Source: Glaciecola sp. (GTDB lineage Bacteria; Pseudomonadota; Alphaproteobacteria; Caulobacterales; Parvularculaceae). Taken from it: DNA of 64,000 nt. Under the pieces are notes generated by a model that saw nothing but the letters and a program-made list of their open reading frames with translations, made no database searches and had not been told where the DNA came from. Made by a program: the position numbers and the translations under genes. Below, piece after piece: positions 19,099 through 29,675 of the stretch (position 1 is its first letter; every line of letters begins with the position of its first letter). The stretch lies in NCBI GenBank assembly GCA_964219355.1, contig CAXPOZ010000003.1, forward strand, positions 219,678 through 283,677, read 5' to 3'.

Positions 19099-20313
19099 TC
19101 AGCGGGCAGGCTCTGCCTCAATATGAAGGGTGACGGTGACCTGGGGAGTGACCCCTGCGCCGTCCCCGCCAAGTCCGAAAGCTGTTCGGTCAACCACGAC
19201 TTCCGCTGAGGCAATCGCCGTGACGCCTTCCATCGTAACTGTGAAGGGCAGATCAATCGGCTGACTTACTTCTCTGATGGTGAGCATACCTTTCGCCACA
19301 AAACCCTGCGCGGTGGCGATGATCTCATCTGAAACGAACATTGCCGCAGGATATTCAGCAACACTGAACCAGCCCGCCCCTTTGAGTTCATCATTCGTGA
19401 TGGCTTCGCCGGAATCGAGACTTGTAAGACCGATCTGTGCACGGATTGCGCCTGCTTCTTCAGGATGCTCAAGATCGAGAACGATCTCCGCTGCAACATC
19501 GTCGATATGAACGGTCTTCTCCGCGCCAAAAGCACTGCCCGTTAGCTGGACATAACTCTCCTCTGGCAGCAGCGACCATTCATGGGGACCTCCGCTCGTC
19601 CGGCCGATCTGTTCTATGGCCGTCATCTCATCTGTCGGAGTTGAGCCATGATGGTCATCCTCTCCCCAGACCAGCATCACGACGAGATATAGCGCCGCAA
19701 CCGCGACCAACGCGCCTGTGATCGCAGGCACGGCGATGCGGCCTGTCGCGGCTTCTTTGGCCGGCAGCATACGGAGGAAGGTTTCATCGCGGCTCATATA
19801 ATGATGCTTCAAGGCTGCTGCGACATGCAGGACCAGAAGTCCGATCATTGCGGTGGCGAGCGCTGAGTGCGCATTATCAAACGCACCGCGCCAGAAATCG
19901 CTTTCCGGTACCGGGAAATGAAAGACCGGGATCAGGAAGAAGATCTTCGTATCGACCCCGCTCTGCGCCGAGACATAAAGCCAGCCCGTCAGCGGCACGG
20001 CGATCATGAAGCCATAAAAAAGCCAGTGCGTGATCGGCGCGATGACCTGCTCCGCTTTGCTCATGCCCGTCGGCAAGGCCGGGACGGGATGGGTCAGCCG
20101 CCAGTAAAGCCGGTAAAGTGATAGGCCCAGAATGATGAACCCGAAGCTTTTGTGCATCTGGTAGACGAAGAATTTCTCATCCGTCCCGAGCCCCAGATGG
20201 GTCATGAATTTCCCGCCCACGAACTGGGCGATAATGAGGACCGCAATCAGCCAATGCAGGGCTTTGGCAACACGATGATAGGAAGTGGGGCGCATTTGAT
20301 CCGTCATGCGCAT
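19099..20313 (-). CDS. Cytochrome b561/YceI fusion
   Basis: LHWLIA...HKSFG...H....LLVLHVAAALKHH, followed by a YceI-like barrel (GMLTIREVSQPIDLPF...VDRTAFGLG). Confidence 0.88.
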   Translation of the reverse strand: MRMTDQMRPTSYHRVAKALHWLIAVLIIAQFVGGKFMTHLGLGTDEKFFVYQMHKSFGFIILGLSLYRLYWRLTHPVPALPTGMSKAEQVIAPITHWLFYGFMIAVPLTGWLYVSAQSGVDTKIFFLIPVFHFPVPESDFWRGAFDNAHSALATAMIGLLVLHVAAALKHHYMSRDETFLRMLPAKEAATGRIAVPAITGALVAVAALYLVVMLVWGEDDHHGSTPTDEMTAIEQIGRTSGGPHEWSLLPEESYVQLTGSAFGAEKTVHIDDVAAEIVLDLEHPEEAGAIRAQIGLTSLDSGEAITNDELKGAGWFSVAEYPAAMFVSDEIIATAQGFVAKGMLTIREVSQPIDLPFTVTMEGVTAIASAEVVVDRTAFGLGGDGAGVTPQVTVTLHIEAEPAR

Positions 20314-20654
20314 AAAATGTCATTGGCCAGGGAAACTGACAAGGTCAGCCCGCAGCCAGCACCCTTGCGCGGCACGCAAAAGACGGCAGGCGAAAATATT
20401 TACGTGCGTTAACCACTTACGAAGGACGAATCGCCGTAACTGATTCCCATCAGTTGATATGCGTAAGTCTTCTTTCGCATAGGGGCAGAGAGTGAACGGT
20501 CAGGCATTCCATTGCCATCCCCTCCTCCGCCGGCCAAGGCCGGAAGCTCCAGACGACTCCCTCTTCTTTACAGCCGTTGATGGTCCCCCCGGCAGGGCGC
20601 CGGACAATCCTTTGGCTGTGCTTCTTCCCGATGTCATAGAAAAGGAGTGATCCC

Positions 20655-21434
20655 ATGACACGTCGTACAGCCAAAAGAGCCATTAAACGTAGCGGCAAAC
20701 AGGTGAGCGATGATCGTCATGCCATTCCCGACAATGTCAGAGTCCTCTTTGAGGATGGATGGTCACCCATGGAACAGATGGAGGGACCACAGGATCGCGA
20801 GCGCGATCAGCGCTTCCGTAAAAATGTCCGTCCACAGAATGAAACACAGCAACAATTCTTTGATCTGGTTCAGGATCATTCAGTCGTCTTCGCCGTCGGC
20901 CCTGCGGGCACCGGTAAAACCTATGTCGCGGTCGCCAAGGCCGTTGAGGCACTGGAGTCCGGTAAAGTCGGCCGGATCGTTCTCTCCCGCCCTGCTGTCG
21001 AGGCCGGAGAAAATCTCGGCTATCTGCCGGGCGACATGGAAGACAAGCTCTCGCCTTATCTGCGGCCTCTCTATGATGCGCTGACCGACCGGCTCAGCGC
21101 CAAGAAAGTCCGCTCCCTGATGGCTGAAGGCGTGATTGAGGTTGCACCCATCGCCTTCATGCGGGGCCGGACACTCAATAATGCGTTCGTGGTGCTCGAT
21201 GAGGCCCAGAACTGCACCTATGCGCAGCTCAAAATGCTCCTCACCCGGCTGGGTTGGCACTCGACCATGGTCGTCACCGGCGATCCGGAGCAGTCAGACC
21301 TTTTACCGGGCGTCTCGGGCCTCGGTGAGATCACCGACAAGCTGGATGATGTCGAAGGCATCGGCATCTGCCGCTTTGCCAAGGGCGATGTCGTCCGCCA
21401 CCCGCTGGTCGCGAAGATGATCGAATATATCTGA
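20655..21434 (+). CDS. phoH: PhoH-family ATPase
   Basis: [47 protein letters not shown]. Confidence 0.95.
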   Translation: MTRRTAKRAIKRSGKQVSDDRHAIPDNVRVLFEDGWSPMEQMEGPQDRERDQRFRKNVRPQNETQQQFFDLVQDHSVVFAVGPAGTGKTYVAVAKAVEALESGKVGRIVLSRPAVEAGENLGYLPGDMEDKLSPYLRPLYDALTDRLSAKKVRSLMAEGVIEVAPIAFMRGRTLNNAFVVLDEAQNCTYAQLKMLLTRLGWHSTMVVTGDPEQSDLLPGVSGLGEITDKLDDVEGIGICRFAKGDVVRHPLVAKMIEYI

Positions 21435-21442
21435 GGCGGACG

Positions 21443-21470
21443 AAAAGGCCGCCTTAGCTGGCGGCCTTTT
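21443..21470. terminator. Bidirectional intrinsic terminator
   Basis: AAAAGGCCGCC-ttagct-GGCGGCCTTTT between convergent genes. Confidence 0.85.
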
Positions 21471-21909
21471 CCCTGATCCCCGCATCGCCCAACACCAGAC
21501 GGCGCAGGCACTGGCAGTGGCCAAGCTCTTCACCGATGACCTTGGTCAGGTGCTGGTCGATCGCCATGGACAGAATTTCCTGCTGTGAGCGGTCGGTTGC
21601 CGCCGCCACCAATCGCAAAAGGCGCTGCTGGCGCGTCGTCATCCTGACGGTCATACGCGGTTTGTCCGGCGCGGCATGCGCCTTGTGGAGCTTGTCCGAA
21701 CAGGAGGATGCGGGGACAGGCGTCACGACGACCGGCTCGCCATCCCGATCCCCCCGCCTCGAACGACGTTGAAGATCTAGATCAGCAATAGCGGGCTGCG
21801 CATTGCCTTTGCGTGCGAGAAGGCCGCCATGCAGGCTGGCGAAACCGTCCCTATGCGATGTTTTCATCTGTTTTTGCATGACGTTGATCCCACACTTTTC
21901 CAGTTTCAT
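21454..21909 (-). CDS. ParA partner with probable ribbon-helix-helix domain
   Basis: ATGA overlap with the parA stop; N-terminal ASLHGGLLARKGNAQPA; C-terminal RMTVRMTTRQQRLLRLVAAATDRSQQEILSMAIDQHL (strand-helix-helix). Confidence 0.65.
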   Translation of the reverse strand: MKLEKCGINVMQKQMKTSHRDGFASLHGGLLARKGNAQPAIADLDLQRRSRRGDRDGEPVVVTPVPASSCSDKLHKAHAAPDKPRMTVRMTTRQQRLLRLVAAATDRSQQEILSMAIDQHLTKVIGEELGHCQCLRRLVLGDAGIREKAAS

Positions 21910-22976
21910 TTCAGCGGACGCCGCCCGAAGATCGGCGCTCGCCTCCGGTCGGGCAGACCCAGCGGGGGGCCGGCATCCTGACTGCGGCGGTCAATCCCGT
22001 CCCAGATCGCGGCCCGGGGCATTTCCTCCTCTAGAAGCAACGGCTCCTCCCCTGCGCTGGCCGGTTCACGGCGCATGGCGGCGGTTTCGAGCGGGAAGAG
22101 CTCATGCAGCGGGATCGGCCCCTGCCGCGGTGTCGGGCGCTGCGGCGCGACGGCTTGAGGGGCAGGCGCAGGTGGAGGTGTCGGTCTGGGGCGGCGCGAT
22201 GGCGGGATCGGTGCCGGGCGGCTGGCAAGGCTCTCCGCTCGCTGAGGCGCCGGCGGAGCAGATGGTGCCGCAGTAATCGGGGTCAGCAATTCGACCGAAA
22301 AGCGTTCGCCCTGGGCCTCACGAGCGCCAGCAGTATCCCCTTTGATCCGACGCAGGCGCTCTTCGAGATAGGACCAGAGCGTTGCGACCTCTTTGGCCGA
22401 GCGCGCATTCGGATTGACCTCACCGACTGTGCGGCCGTCGATCATGCTGGCGGCGAAATCGACGCGGTTATGGATCGTCACCGGTGCGACCGTGCCGTGC
22501 TGGCTCAGGCTGACGGCCGTCTCGCTGGTGATCCGGGCGCGGGCGGTGGCGCAGTTCACGGCAAAGACGAGCGGCTTGCCGGCCTCCTCGACGATATCGA
22601 CCGTGGCGCCAACGGCGCGCAAATCGTGCGGGCTCGGACGGGTCGGCACGACGATCAGGTCACCCTGCTCGACAACTTCAGAAATCGCCGCCGTTGCAGC
22701 AGGCGGCGTGTCGATGACGATGAGCCTCAGCCCCGTCTCGCGCAGCTTGGCGATGTCCCGGCTCAGACGCGCAACGGTGGTCTCAACGAAGACCGGCATT
22801 TCGGCCTCCCTCGCATTCCACCATTTCGCAAGCGAGCCTTGCGGATCCGTATCGATAAGGGCGACTGGCCCTGCGCCCGCAGCCTGTGCGGCAACGGCGA
22901 TATGCCCGGAGAGCGTGGTCTTGCCCGAGCCGCCCTTCTGGGAGGCGAAGACCAGAACGGAACACTCATTCTGCAT
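21906..22976 (-). CDS. parA: Orphan ParA/ParF-type ATPase with Pro-rich C-terminal tail
   Basis: SQKGGSGKTT deviant Walker A, IDTDPQGS, VIDTPP, VPTRPSPHDL; about 140-aa low-complexity tail. Confidence 0.9.
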   Translation of the reverse strand: MQNECSVLVFASQKGGSGKTTLSGHIAVAAQAAGAGPVALIDTDPQGSLAKWWNAREAEMPVFVETTVARLSRDIAKLRETGLRLIVIDTPPAATAAISEVVEQGDLIVVPTRPSPHDLRAVGATVDIVEEAGKPLVFAVNCATARARITSETAVSLSQHGTVAPVTIHNRVDFAASMIDGRTVGEVNPNARSAKEVATLWSYLEERLRRIKGDTAGAREAQGERFSVELLTPITAAPSAPPAPQRAESLASRPAPIPPSRRPRPTPPPAPAPQAVAPQRPTPRQGPIPLHELFPLETAAMRREPASAGEEPLLLEEEMPRAAIWDGIDRRSQDAGPPLGLPDRRRAPIFGRRPLK

Positions 22977-23125
22977 GAGAGCTTTCCTCAGATGACTGAC
23001 CGAATAGAGGCTATCTTCCCGATGGCCCGTAACCCGTTCAGTGCAACACAGAGGTATTGCCGGCTCGTCGATACGCGCACGGATATTTGAGCCGAGTTTA
23101 TCGAAAACTCACGCTCGGTGATTCA

Positions 23126-24628
23126 TCATGAACCGACCAGAAAGGCTGCTGCGAGGCCCAGAAAGGCAAAGAATCCCACGACATCCGTCACCGTGGTAAC
23201 GAAAACAGCCGAGGAGACAGCTGGGTCCGCGCCGACACGCTGGAGCCCGAGCGGAATCAAAATTCCGGAAAGTCCCGCCGACAGCATGGTGATAATCATC
23301 GCCGCGGCAAGGACAAGGCCGAGGGTCATGCCCTCGCCTTCCGCGCCGCCGCCGATCGCCTGATACCAGATACCCGCGGCTACCCCGAGCAGGATGGCAA
23401 AGGCGACCCCATTGATCAGCGAGACTGTTGTCTCGCGGAAGACGACCCGCAAAGCGTTCGCGGCCGTCAGATCACGGGTGGCAAGGTTCCTGACCGCGAC
23501 GGTCAGTGTCTGCGTGCCCGCATTACCGCCCATCGAGGCAACAATCGGCATCAGGACGGCGAGCGCCACGACCTGCTGGATCGTCGCGTCAAACAGGCTG
23601 ATGACGAAACTTGCTAAAATGGCTGTGCCCAGATTGACGGCCAGCCAGGTGAAGCGCGAGCGCGCAATCTTTGGCACCGGCAGCGCAAGGACATTGTTCT
23701 CAGAACTCACGCCACCCAGGGCGAGCATGTCTTCGTCAGCCTCGGTGTGCAGAACCTCAACGATGTCATCCACCGTGACCATGCCGACCAGCCGGTCGCC
23801 TGAATCAACGACGGGCGCCGAGATGAGGTTATATTTCTCGAAGAGATAGGCGACCTCTTCCTGGTCCATGTCGACCGGCACCTGCACGAGATCTCGTTCG
23901 ACAAGGTCGATCAGTTTCGTCTCACGCGGAGCTTTGAGAAAGCGAGAGAGCGCAACGCCGCCGATGACCTTGAACGCCGGATCGACGACATAGACATCAT
24001 AGAAAAGATCGGGGAGCTTCTCTGCTGAGCGCAGCCGGTCGATGATCTGCCCCACCGTTGAGAAGGACGGCGCAGCGAACACCTCGCGCTGCATGAGACG
24101 GCCGGCAGTCTCTTCTTCGTATTCAAGCGCTGCTTCAATCGCGAGACGATCGGCGATGGGGACTTCGGCAAGAAGCTCAGCCCGCCCCTCCTCGTCCATG
24201 TCCTGGACAACGAAGGCTGCCTCGTCGGTATCAAGCTCAGCGATGTGCCCGGCGAGCTGTTCGGTCGGGATGGCCTCGAGCACGCTCTCGCGAACGTCCT
24301 CATCGAGCTCGGCCAGAATGTCGGCGTCGAAATCCGTACCGAGAAGCGTGACGAGTTTCGGCCGGGCCGCTTCTGACAATTGCTCGATCAGGTCGGCAAC
24401 GTCGGCAGCCTTGAGGTCGACGCAGGCAGCGAGCACATCCTCGCGGTCGCCATGCTCAACCGCTTCGCCCACTGACCGAATGAAGTCGGATGTCAGCGAT
24501 CCGCGCGCATCCAGCGGCGCATCGGGGGCACGCTCCTCCTCTTCCAGCTCGTCATCCCGTTCAGGCTCCGCCCCCTCAGGCGGGGTCTTCTCATTCTGAA
24601 CAGGGTCGAGCAGGGAGGATTGCGCCAT
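23126..24628 (-). CDS. mgtE: Magnesium transporter MgtE
   Basis: CBS pair (YEEETAGRLM), RFTWLAVNL, MGGNAGTQT, DPAVSS..FVTTVTDVVGFF. Confidence 0.96.
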   Translation of the reverse strand: MAQSSLLDPVQNEKTPPEGAEPERDDELEEEERAPDAPLDARGSLTSDFIRSVGEAVEHGDREDVLAACVDLKAADVADLIEQLSEAARPKLVTLLGTDFDADILAELDEDVRESVLEAIPTEQLAGHIAELDTDEAAFVVQDMDEEGRAELLAEVPIADRLAIEAALEYEEETAGRLMQREVFAAPSFSTVGQIIDRLRSAEKLPDLFYDVYVVDPAFKVIGGVALSRFLKAPRETKLIDLVERDLVQVPVDMDQEEVAYLFEKYNLISAPVVDSGDRLVGMVTVDDIVEVLHTEADEDMLALGGVSSENNVLALPVPKIARSRFTWLAVNLGTAILASFVISLFDATIQQVVALAVLMPIVASMGGNAGTQTLTVAVRNLATRDLTAANALRVVFRETTVSLINGVAFAILLGVAAGIWYQAIGGGAEGEGMTLGLVLAAAMIITMLSAGLSGILIPLGLQRVGADPAVSSAVFVTTVTDVVGFFAFLGLAAAFLVGS

Positions 24629-24737
24629 ACACATCTCCGGTTGGGCTTGTAGTGAAAGGAATAGGCAGGGTTTAACTCATTTTGAGAAAAAACTCAATTG
24701 GACAGAGCAGAATATTATAATCCGTAAGGTGAGCGTT

Positions 24738-24986
24738 TTACCTCCAGTCGTAACTGATCACACCCGATGAGACGAAAGCGAAGACAAAGACCCAGATGAT
24801 GGCCGCGATCCAGCTCGTGCGTTTGACCTTGAACCAGATCTCCGGCTGGACCGGCGCGCCGCGGTCAATCCCGTCGGGCTGGTTCTGCTCATCCTCCCAC
24901 ACGCCTTTCACCCGCATGGGCAGGATCGCGAAAAGAACGACCCACCAGATGATGAGATAGGAAATAATACTGCCGACAATGCCCAT
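24738..24986 (-). CDS. DUF1467 family protein
   Basis: YLIIWWVVLFAILP...G.D.GAP; usual position after rnj. Confidence 0.85.
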   Translation of the reverse strand: MGIVGSIISYLIIWWVVLFAILPMRVKGVWEDEQNQPDGIDRGAPVQPEIWFKVKRTSWIAAIIWVFVFAFVSSGVISYDWR

Positions 24987-24991
24987 CTTCT

Positions 24992-26659
24992 CTAGCCCCT
25001 GATGATGGCGACGACGATATCGCCCCTCTTGCCCCAGCGCGGGAACAGCTCGGCGCGGATGGCCCGACGCATTGCCGCTTCGATGACCTTGTCATCTCCC
25101 AGTTTCGGGCGCGGCAGGGATCTCATGACATCGCTCGCGGATTCCTCGATCAGAGGAAGCAGTTCTTCTCCATCATTGTCCTCACGCGGAAGACCTTTGA
25201 CGGTCACGATGGGCTGACCGAGTGGCTTACCGGATTTGTCGATCGCGACAGAGACGACAATGAGCCCCTCTTCACCCAGCCGCAGCCGCGCGCGGATGAC
25301 ACCCTCGCCCTGCGGCAGCAGGATGCGGCCATCGAGATAAAGCCGCCCGGAAGGGACTTCATCGATCACCTTGATCCGCCCCGGGGCCAACCGGATCATG
25401 TCGCCATTCCGCGGGGTCACTGCATGAGGCACGCCGAGGCTCATGGCGAGTTTGGCGTGTTCTTCGATATGGCGCGCCTCGCCATGCACCGGGATCGAAG
25501 TCTGGGGTTTGACCATCTGATACATGTCTTTGAGTTCTTCCCGGCACGGATGGCCAGAGACATGCACAAATGCGTCATCAGATGAGATAACTGTGACATC
25601 CATATCGGTCAGGGCGTTCATCATCTCATAGATCGGCTTTTCATTGCCCGGAATCACCTTGGAGGAGAAGATCACCGTGTCGCCTTCACCGAGTGACAGT
25701 TCGGGGTGGTCTTCGCGTGCGATACGGGCGAGCGCTGCCCGCGATTCACCCTGACTTCCCGTACACAGATAAAGCACCTTGTCATGCGGTAGATATCCGG
25801 CCTCTGACGGCTCAACGAAGGAAATCCCCGGCGGCAGCAGGTCAACATGCCGGGCAACATCGATCATGCGGAGCATGGATCGCCCGAGCAAACAGACGGA
25901 CCTGTCCGTTGCAGTCGCGGCCCGGCAAACCGACACAAGGCGGGAGACGTTCGAGGCAAAAGTCGTCACGACCACCCTGCCCGTCTGCTCCGAGATGATC
26001 TGGCTCAGCGCGTCCGCCACATCGCTTTCTGAGCCCGAATGACCTTCGGAGAAGACATTCGTGCTGTCACAGATCATGGCGAGAACGCCTGCCTCACCAA
26101 GATCGGTCAGGCTTGTCCGGTCGGTCGCCTCCCCCAGCACCGGCATGGGATCGATCTTCCAATCGCCCGTATGTAGCACCGTGCCAAATTCCGTCCGTAT
26201 GGCAATCGCATTCGGCTCCGGAATAGAATGGGTCAGCGTGATATATTCAAGGTCAAACGGCCCCAGCTTGAAGCGCGCAGAAAGATCGAGCACCTTGATC
26301 GGCGCATCGGTGATGCCGACCTCATCGAATTTCCGCCGAACCAGCTCCGCCGTGAAGGGCGTTGCGTATATATCGCATTCAAAATCAGGCCACAGATGAG
26401 CGACGGCACCGATATGGTCCTCATGCCCATGAGTCAGCACCATGCCGAGGAACTCGCCGCCTTCGTCGAGATCATCGAGCAGATAGCCGTGATCGGGTGT
26501 AATCAGATCAATGCCGGGCAATTCCGGCCCGGCAAAGGTGACACCGCAATCGATCATGATCCATTGCCGCGCTTCGGGAGGCCCGAGCGCAAACAGGTTC
26601 ATATTCATGCCGATCTCGCCAGACCCACCGAGAGGCAGGAAGATGAACTCGTTACTCAT
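24992..26659 (-). CDS. rnj: Ribonuclease J
   Basis: [45 protein letters not shown]. Confidence 0.96.
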   Translation of the reverse strand: MSNEFIFLPLGGSGEIGMNMNLFALGPPEARQWIMIDCGVTFAGPELPGIDLITPDHGYLLDDLDEGGEFLGMVLTHGHEDHIGAVAHLWPDFECDIYATPFTAELVRRKFDEVGITDAPIKVLDLSARFKLGPFDLEYITLTHSIPEPNAIAIRTEFGTVLHTGDWKIDPMPVLGEATDRTSLTDLGEAGVLAMICDSTNVFSEGHSGSESDVADALSQIISEQTGRVVVTTFASNVSRLVSVCRAATATDRSVCLLGRSMLRMIDVARHVDLLPPGISFVEPSEAGYLPHDKVLYLCTGSQGESRAALARIAREDHPELSLGEGDTVIFSSKVIPGNEKPIYEMMNALTDMDVTVISSDDAFVHVSGHPCREELKDMYQMVKPQTSIPVHGEARHIEEHAKLAMSLGVPHAVTPRNGDMIRLAPGRIKVIDEVPSGRLYLDGRILLPQGEGVIRARLRLGEEGLIVVSVAIDKSGKPLGQPIVTVKGLPREDNDGEELLPLIEESASDVMRSLPRPKLGDDKVIEAAMRRAIRAELFPRWGKRGDIVVAIIRG

Positions 26660-27441
26660 GTTTTCTCCTTGCCATCGAACACGCGTCGGGCAATTTCTGT
26701 CAGTCCTCGGATAGTCAGATCCGGGTCAAAATAATCAATGCTGGTCGCCGCGTCGCTGTAGAGCGAGGAAATCCCGCCCGTTGCGACTACTTTCATCGGC
26801 TCGCCAAATTCATTCTTGATGCGGGCAATCAGCCCTTCGATCAGATCGACATAACCCCAGAAGACCCCTGACTGCATGGCGCCGACCGTCGTTGTGCCGA
26901 TAATCTTGTCAGGCCGTTCAATCGCAATGCGCGGCAGGCGTGCGGCCGCTTGATGAAGCGCCTGCATTGAGAGGTTGATCCCCGGTGCGATGATGCCGCC
27001 GACAAAGGCGCCATCCTTGGCGACGATATCGAAATTGGTGGCCGTGCCGGAATCGACAACAATCAGTGGACCGCCATATTTGACGAACGCGCCGACCGTA
27101 TTGACAAGCCGGTCCGCACCAACCTCGCTTGGCCGGTCGATCCGTACGTCAACGCCGGGTATTGATTTCTCATCTACGATCAGCGGCTCACCGCCACAAT
27201 AACGTCGAGCAAAGTTCCGTACATTGAACAATGATTGCGGCACAACGGTCGAAATCACACAGCGATCAAGGTCACTGAGCCTGAAGCGGCCATCGAGCTC
27301 CAGCATCTGTGAGAGCCAGACCGCATATTCATCCGCGGTCCATACGCTGGAAGTCGATGCCCGCCATTGCGCAACCGGCTCATCCCCCTCGATCAGGGCA
27401 AAGACGGTATTGGTGTTCCCGATATCGAGCGCTAGCAGCAT
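26656..27441 (-). CDS. coaX: Type III pantothenate kinase
   Basis: [32 protein letters not shown]. Confidence 0.96.
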   Translation of the reverse strand: MLLALDIGNTNTVFALIEGDEPVAQWRASTSSVWTADEYAVWLSQMLELDGRFRLSDLDRCVISTVVPQSLFNVRNFARRYCGGEPLIVDEKSIPGVDVRIDRPSEVGADRLVNTVGAFVKYGGPLIVVDSGTATNFDIVAKDGAFVGGIIAPGINLSMQALHQAAARLPRIAIERPDKIIGTTTVGAMQSGVFWGYVDLIEGLIARIKNEFGEPMKVVATGGISSLYSDAATSIDYFDPDLTIRGLTEIARRVFDGKEKT

Positions 27442-27492
27442 GGACTGCCTTTCATTGGTCCTGGCCCCTCAATGAGGGGGAAGCCATTTCCC

Positions 27493-28227
27493 TTAGCCGT
27501 GTTTGGCGCCGAGAAATATATCCGCGGCCCTGATCCGCACAGTGGTTCCATCCGTGCCGAGCAGCAATGAGCCGTCCTCGTCAATCCCCTCGAACAGGCC
27601 ATCGGTCGTGCTGTCATGCTGGCGGACGATGATCGGCGCGCCAAGCCCCGCCGCGCGTTCAAGCCAGGCCTGCCGCACGGACGCGAACCCCTCTTCGCGG
27701 GCTCGTTTCTCCCAGACCTGCACCCGCTCATCCAGCATCTCACGGAATTCCGCCGGCATGGGCGGTGTCTCAAGATATCCAGCAAGCGTTGCCGCATTCT
27801 CCCCTTCCGGGGCGACCAGCAGGTTGACGCCGATGCCGATGACGATGGCTCGGCCCTTGGGGCCGGTCAGCAATTCACAAAGGATGCCTGCGACTTTCTG
27901 GCCATCAAGCAGAACATCATTGGGCCATTTGACTTGCGTCTTGCTGGCAGGAACGCCCGCCTGATCGATCGCTTCTGCGACGCAAAGAGCCGCGATGAAG
28001 GCAAAGAGCGGCGCGGTACGAAGCTGCTCTTCTTCAATCGGCAGGAGCAGCGAGCCCGCAAAATTGCCGGGATGGTGACGCCATGCGCGTCCGCGACGAC
28101 CAACCCCAGCGGATTGCCGGGCGGCCGTAAACCAGAGGGGTCCGGTCTCGCCGTCTTCCTCGAACGCGGACTTGGCATCGAGGCTGGTTGATGCCGTCTC
28201 GATCGCGTGGCGGACGGGCGTCGACAA
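27493..28227 (-). CDS. birA: Biotin--[acetyl-CoA-carboxylase] ligase
   Basis: QSAGVGRRGRAW, KWPNDVLLDGQKVAGIL, IGIGVNL; TTG start. Confidence 0.93.
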   Translation of the reverse strand: MSTPVRHAIETASTSLDAKSAFEEDGETGPLWFTAARQSAGVGRRGRAWRHHPGNFAGSLLLPIEEEQLRTAPLFAFIAALCVAEAIDQAGVPASKTQVKWPNDVLLDGQKVAGILCELLTGPKGRAIVIGIGVNLLVAPEGENAATLAGYLETPPMPAEFREMLDERVQVWEKRAREEGFASVRQAWLERAAGLGAPIIVRQHDSTTDGLFEGIDEDGSLLLGTDGTTVRIRAADIFLGAKHG

Positions 28228-28238
28228 CCTGCGCTGCC

Positions 28239-29675
28239 TCAGAACAGGGACGCAGCCGCAAGCGCGGCCCAGTCATAAAGCGGCCGGATCAGGAAAAGGA
28301 GCCCGACGGTGATCAGGAGCGCAGCGCCTGACGCCGTCATCGTGACAGCCATGCCCCGATTACTGACAAATTGTGGCGCCGGATCGTTGAACCAGATCGT
28401 CCGGATGACCGAGAGATAGTAGAAGGTCGAGATCACACTCGTCACGACACCGACGATGGTCAGGATATAAAGCCCGGCATCAACACCTGCGGAAAAGACC
28501 GCGAACTTGGCAAAGAAGCCTAGGAAGGGCGGGATCCCGGCCAGCGACAGGAAGAGCGCGGTAAAGGCAAGACCAAGGCCCGGACGGGTCTGCATCAGGC
28601 CGGAAAGATCGGAGATATTCTCCGCCATGCCCTCGGGCCGACGCATCGACAGGATACAGGCAAAAGTCCCGAGCGTCATGACAAGATAGATGCCGAGATA
28701 GACAACGACCCCTTGCGCCCCGGCCTGCGTTCCCGCCGCAAGCCCGATCAGCGCATAGCCGACATGACCAATCGAGGAGTAGGCCATCAGGCGTTTGATA
28801 TTGGTCTGCATAAGTGCCGAGAGCGAGCCGACGATCATCGACAGCGCTGCGATCAGCCAGACAACCGGCTGCCATTGATCAAGAATGGTCGGGAACGCCT
28901 CCAGCATCACGCGGACAAAAAGGAACATGCCTGCGACTTTCGGGGCGGCCGCGAAATAGGCCGTCACCGGCGTCGGAGCACCCTCATAAACGTCCGGGGT
29001 CCACATATGGAACGGCGCCCCCGATACCTTGAAGGCGAGCCCAGCCAACATGAAGACAAGGCCGAAGGAGATCGCAACCTGATGATCTGAATCGAGCGCG
29101 TGACGCGCGATCTCACCGAATTGCAGCGCACCCGTGAAGCCATAGATGAGAGACATGCCGTAGAGCAGCAGGCCCGACGACAATGCACCGAGCACGAAAT
29201 ATTTAAGGCCCGCTTCAGTCGAGCGACGTGAGCCACGGTTGAACGCAGCGAGGATATAAAGCGACAGCGACTGCAGCTCGATCCCCATATAAACAGCGAT
29301 CAGGTGTTGCGCGGAGACCATCAGCCCCATGCCAATGGTCGCAAGCAGCACAAGGATCGGATATTCGAACCGGCCGAGCTTTTCCTTGTCGAGGAAGAGG
29401 ACGGACATCAGCAGGGAGACGATCCCTGCTGAATAGATGAAGATCCGGCCGACGACGCTGAAAGCATCAGTGACGAAGGAGCCGCCAAACGCTACGCCTT
29501 CCGGCGGCATGCCGTTGAGCGCAATCAGAAGTGCGCCAGCAAGCGCGGCACAGGCCGCCAGTGTCATCTCCCGCAGGCGGCTGCCTTTGAACGAGACGCC
29601 AACGATCAGCAGCACCATGGAGACGATGGCGAGGAACAGCTCCGGTCCGAGCGCGAGAAGATCCTGACGGTCCAT
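28239..29675 (-). CDS. nuoN: NADH-quinone oxidoreductase subunit N
   Basis: STEAGLKYFVLG, FKVSGAPFHMWTPDVYEGAPTP, KRLMAYSSIGH. Confidence 0.97.
   Translation of the reverse strand: MDRQDLLALGPELFLAIVSMVLLIVGVSFKGSRLREMTLAACAALAGALLIALNGMPPEGVAFGGSFVTDAFSVVGRIFIYSAGIVSLLMSVLFLDKEKLGRFEYPILVLLATIGMGLMVSAQHLIAVYMGIELQSLSLYILAAFNRGSRRSTEAGLKYFVLGALSSGLLLYGMSLIYGFTGALQFGEIARHALDSDHQVAISFGLVFMLAGLAFKVSGAPFHMWTPDVYEGAPTPVTAYFAAAPKVAGMFLFVRVMLEAFPTILDQWQPVVWLIAALSMIVGSLSALMQTNIKRLMAYSSIGHVGYALIGLAAGTQAGAQGVVVYLGIYLVMTLGTFACILSMRRPEGMAENISDLSGLMQTRPGLGLAFTALFLSLAGIPPFLGFFAKFAVFSAGVDAGLYILTIVGVVTSVISTFYYLSVIRTIWFNDPAPQFVSNRGMAVTMTASGAALLITVGLLFLIRPLYDWAALAAASLF

Noticed and set aside
20314-20654. 340-bp intergenic region before phoH as sRNA, riboswitch, Pho box or CtrA site
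   Set aside because: Only a TTAACCAC half-site and weak hairpins; no supportable motif.
22104-23090. 328-aa Arg-rich ORF antisense to parA
   Set aside because: Composition typical of GC-rich antisense frames; no family signal.
24635-24737. AT-rich mgtE upstream region with short inverted repeats (TTGAG-N6-CTCAA) as a Mg2+ riboswitch
   Set aside because: Too short and unstructured for an M-box; the repeats are too small to call.
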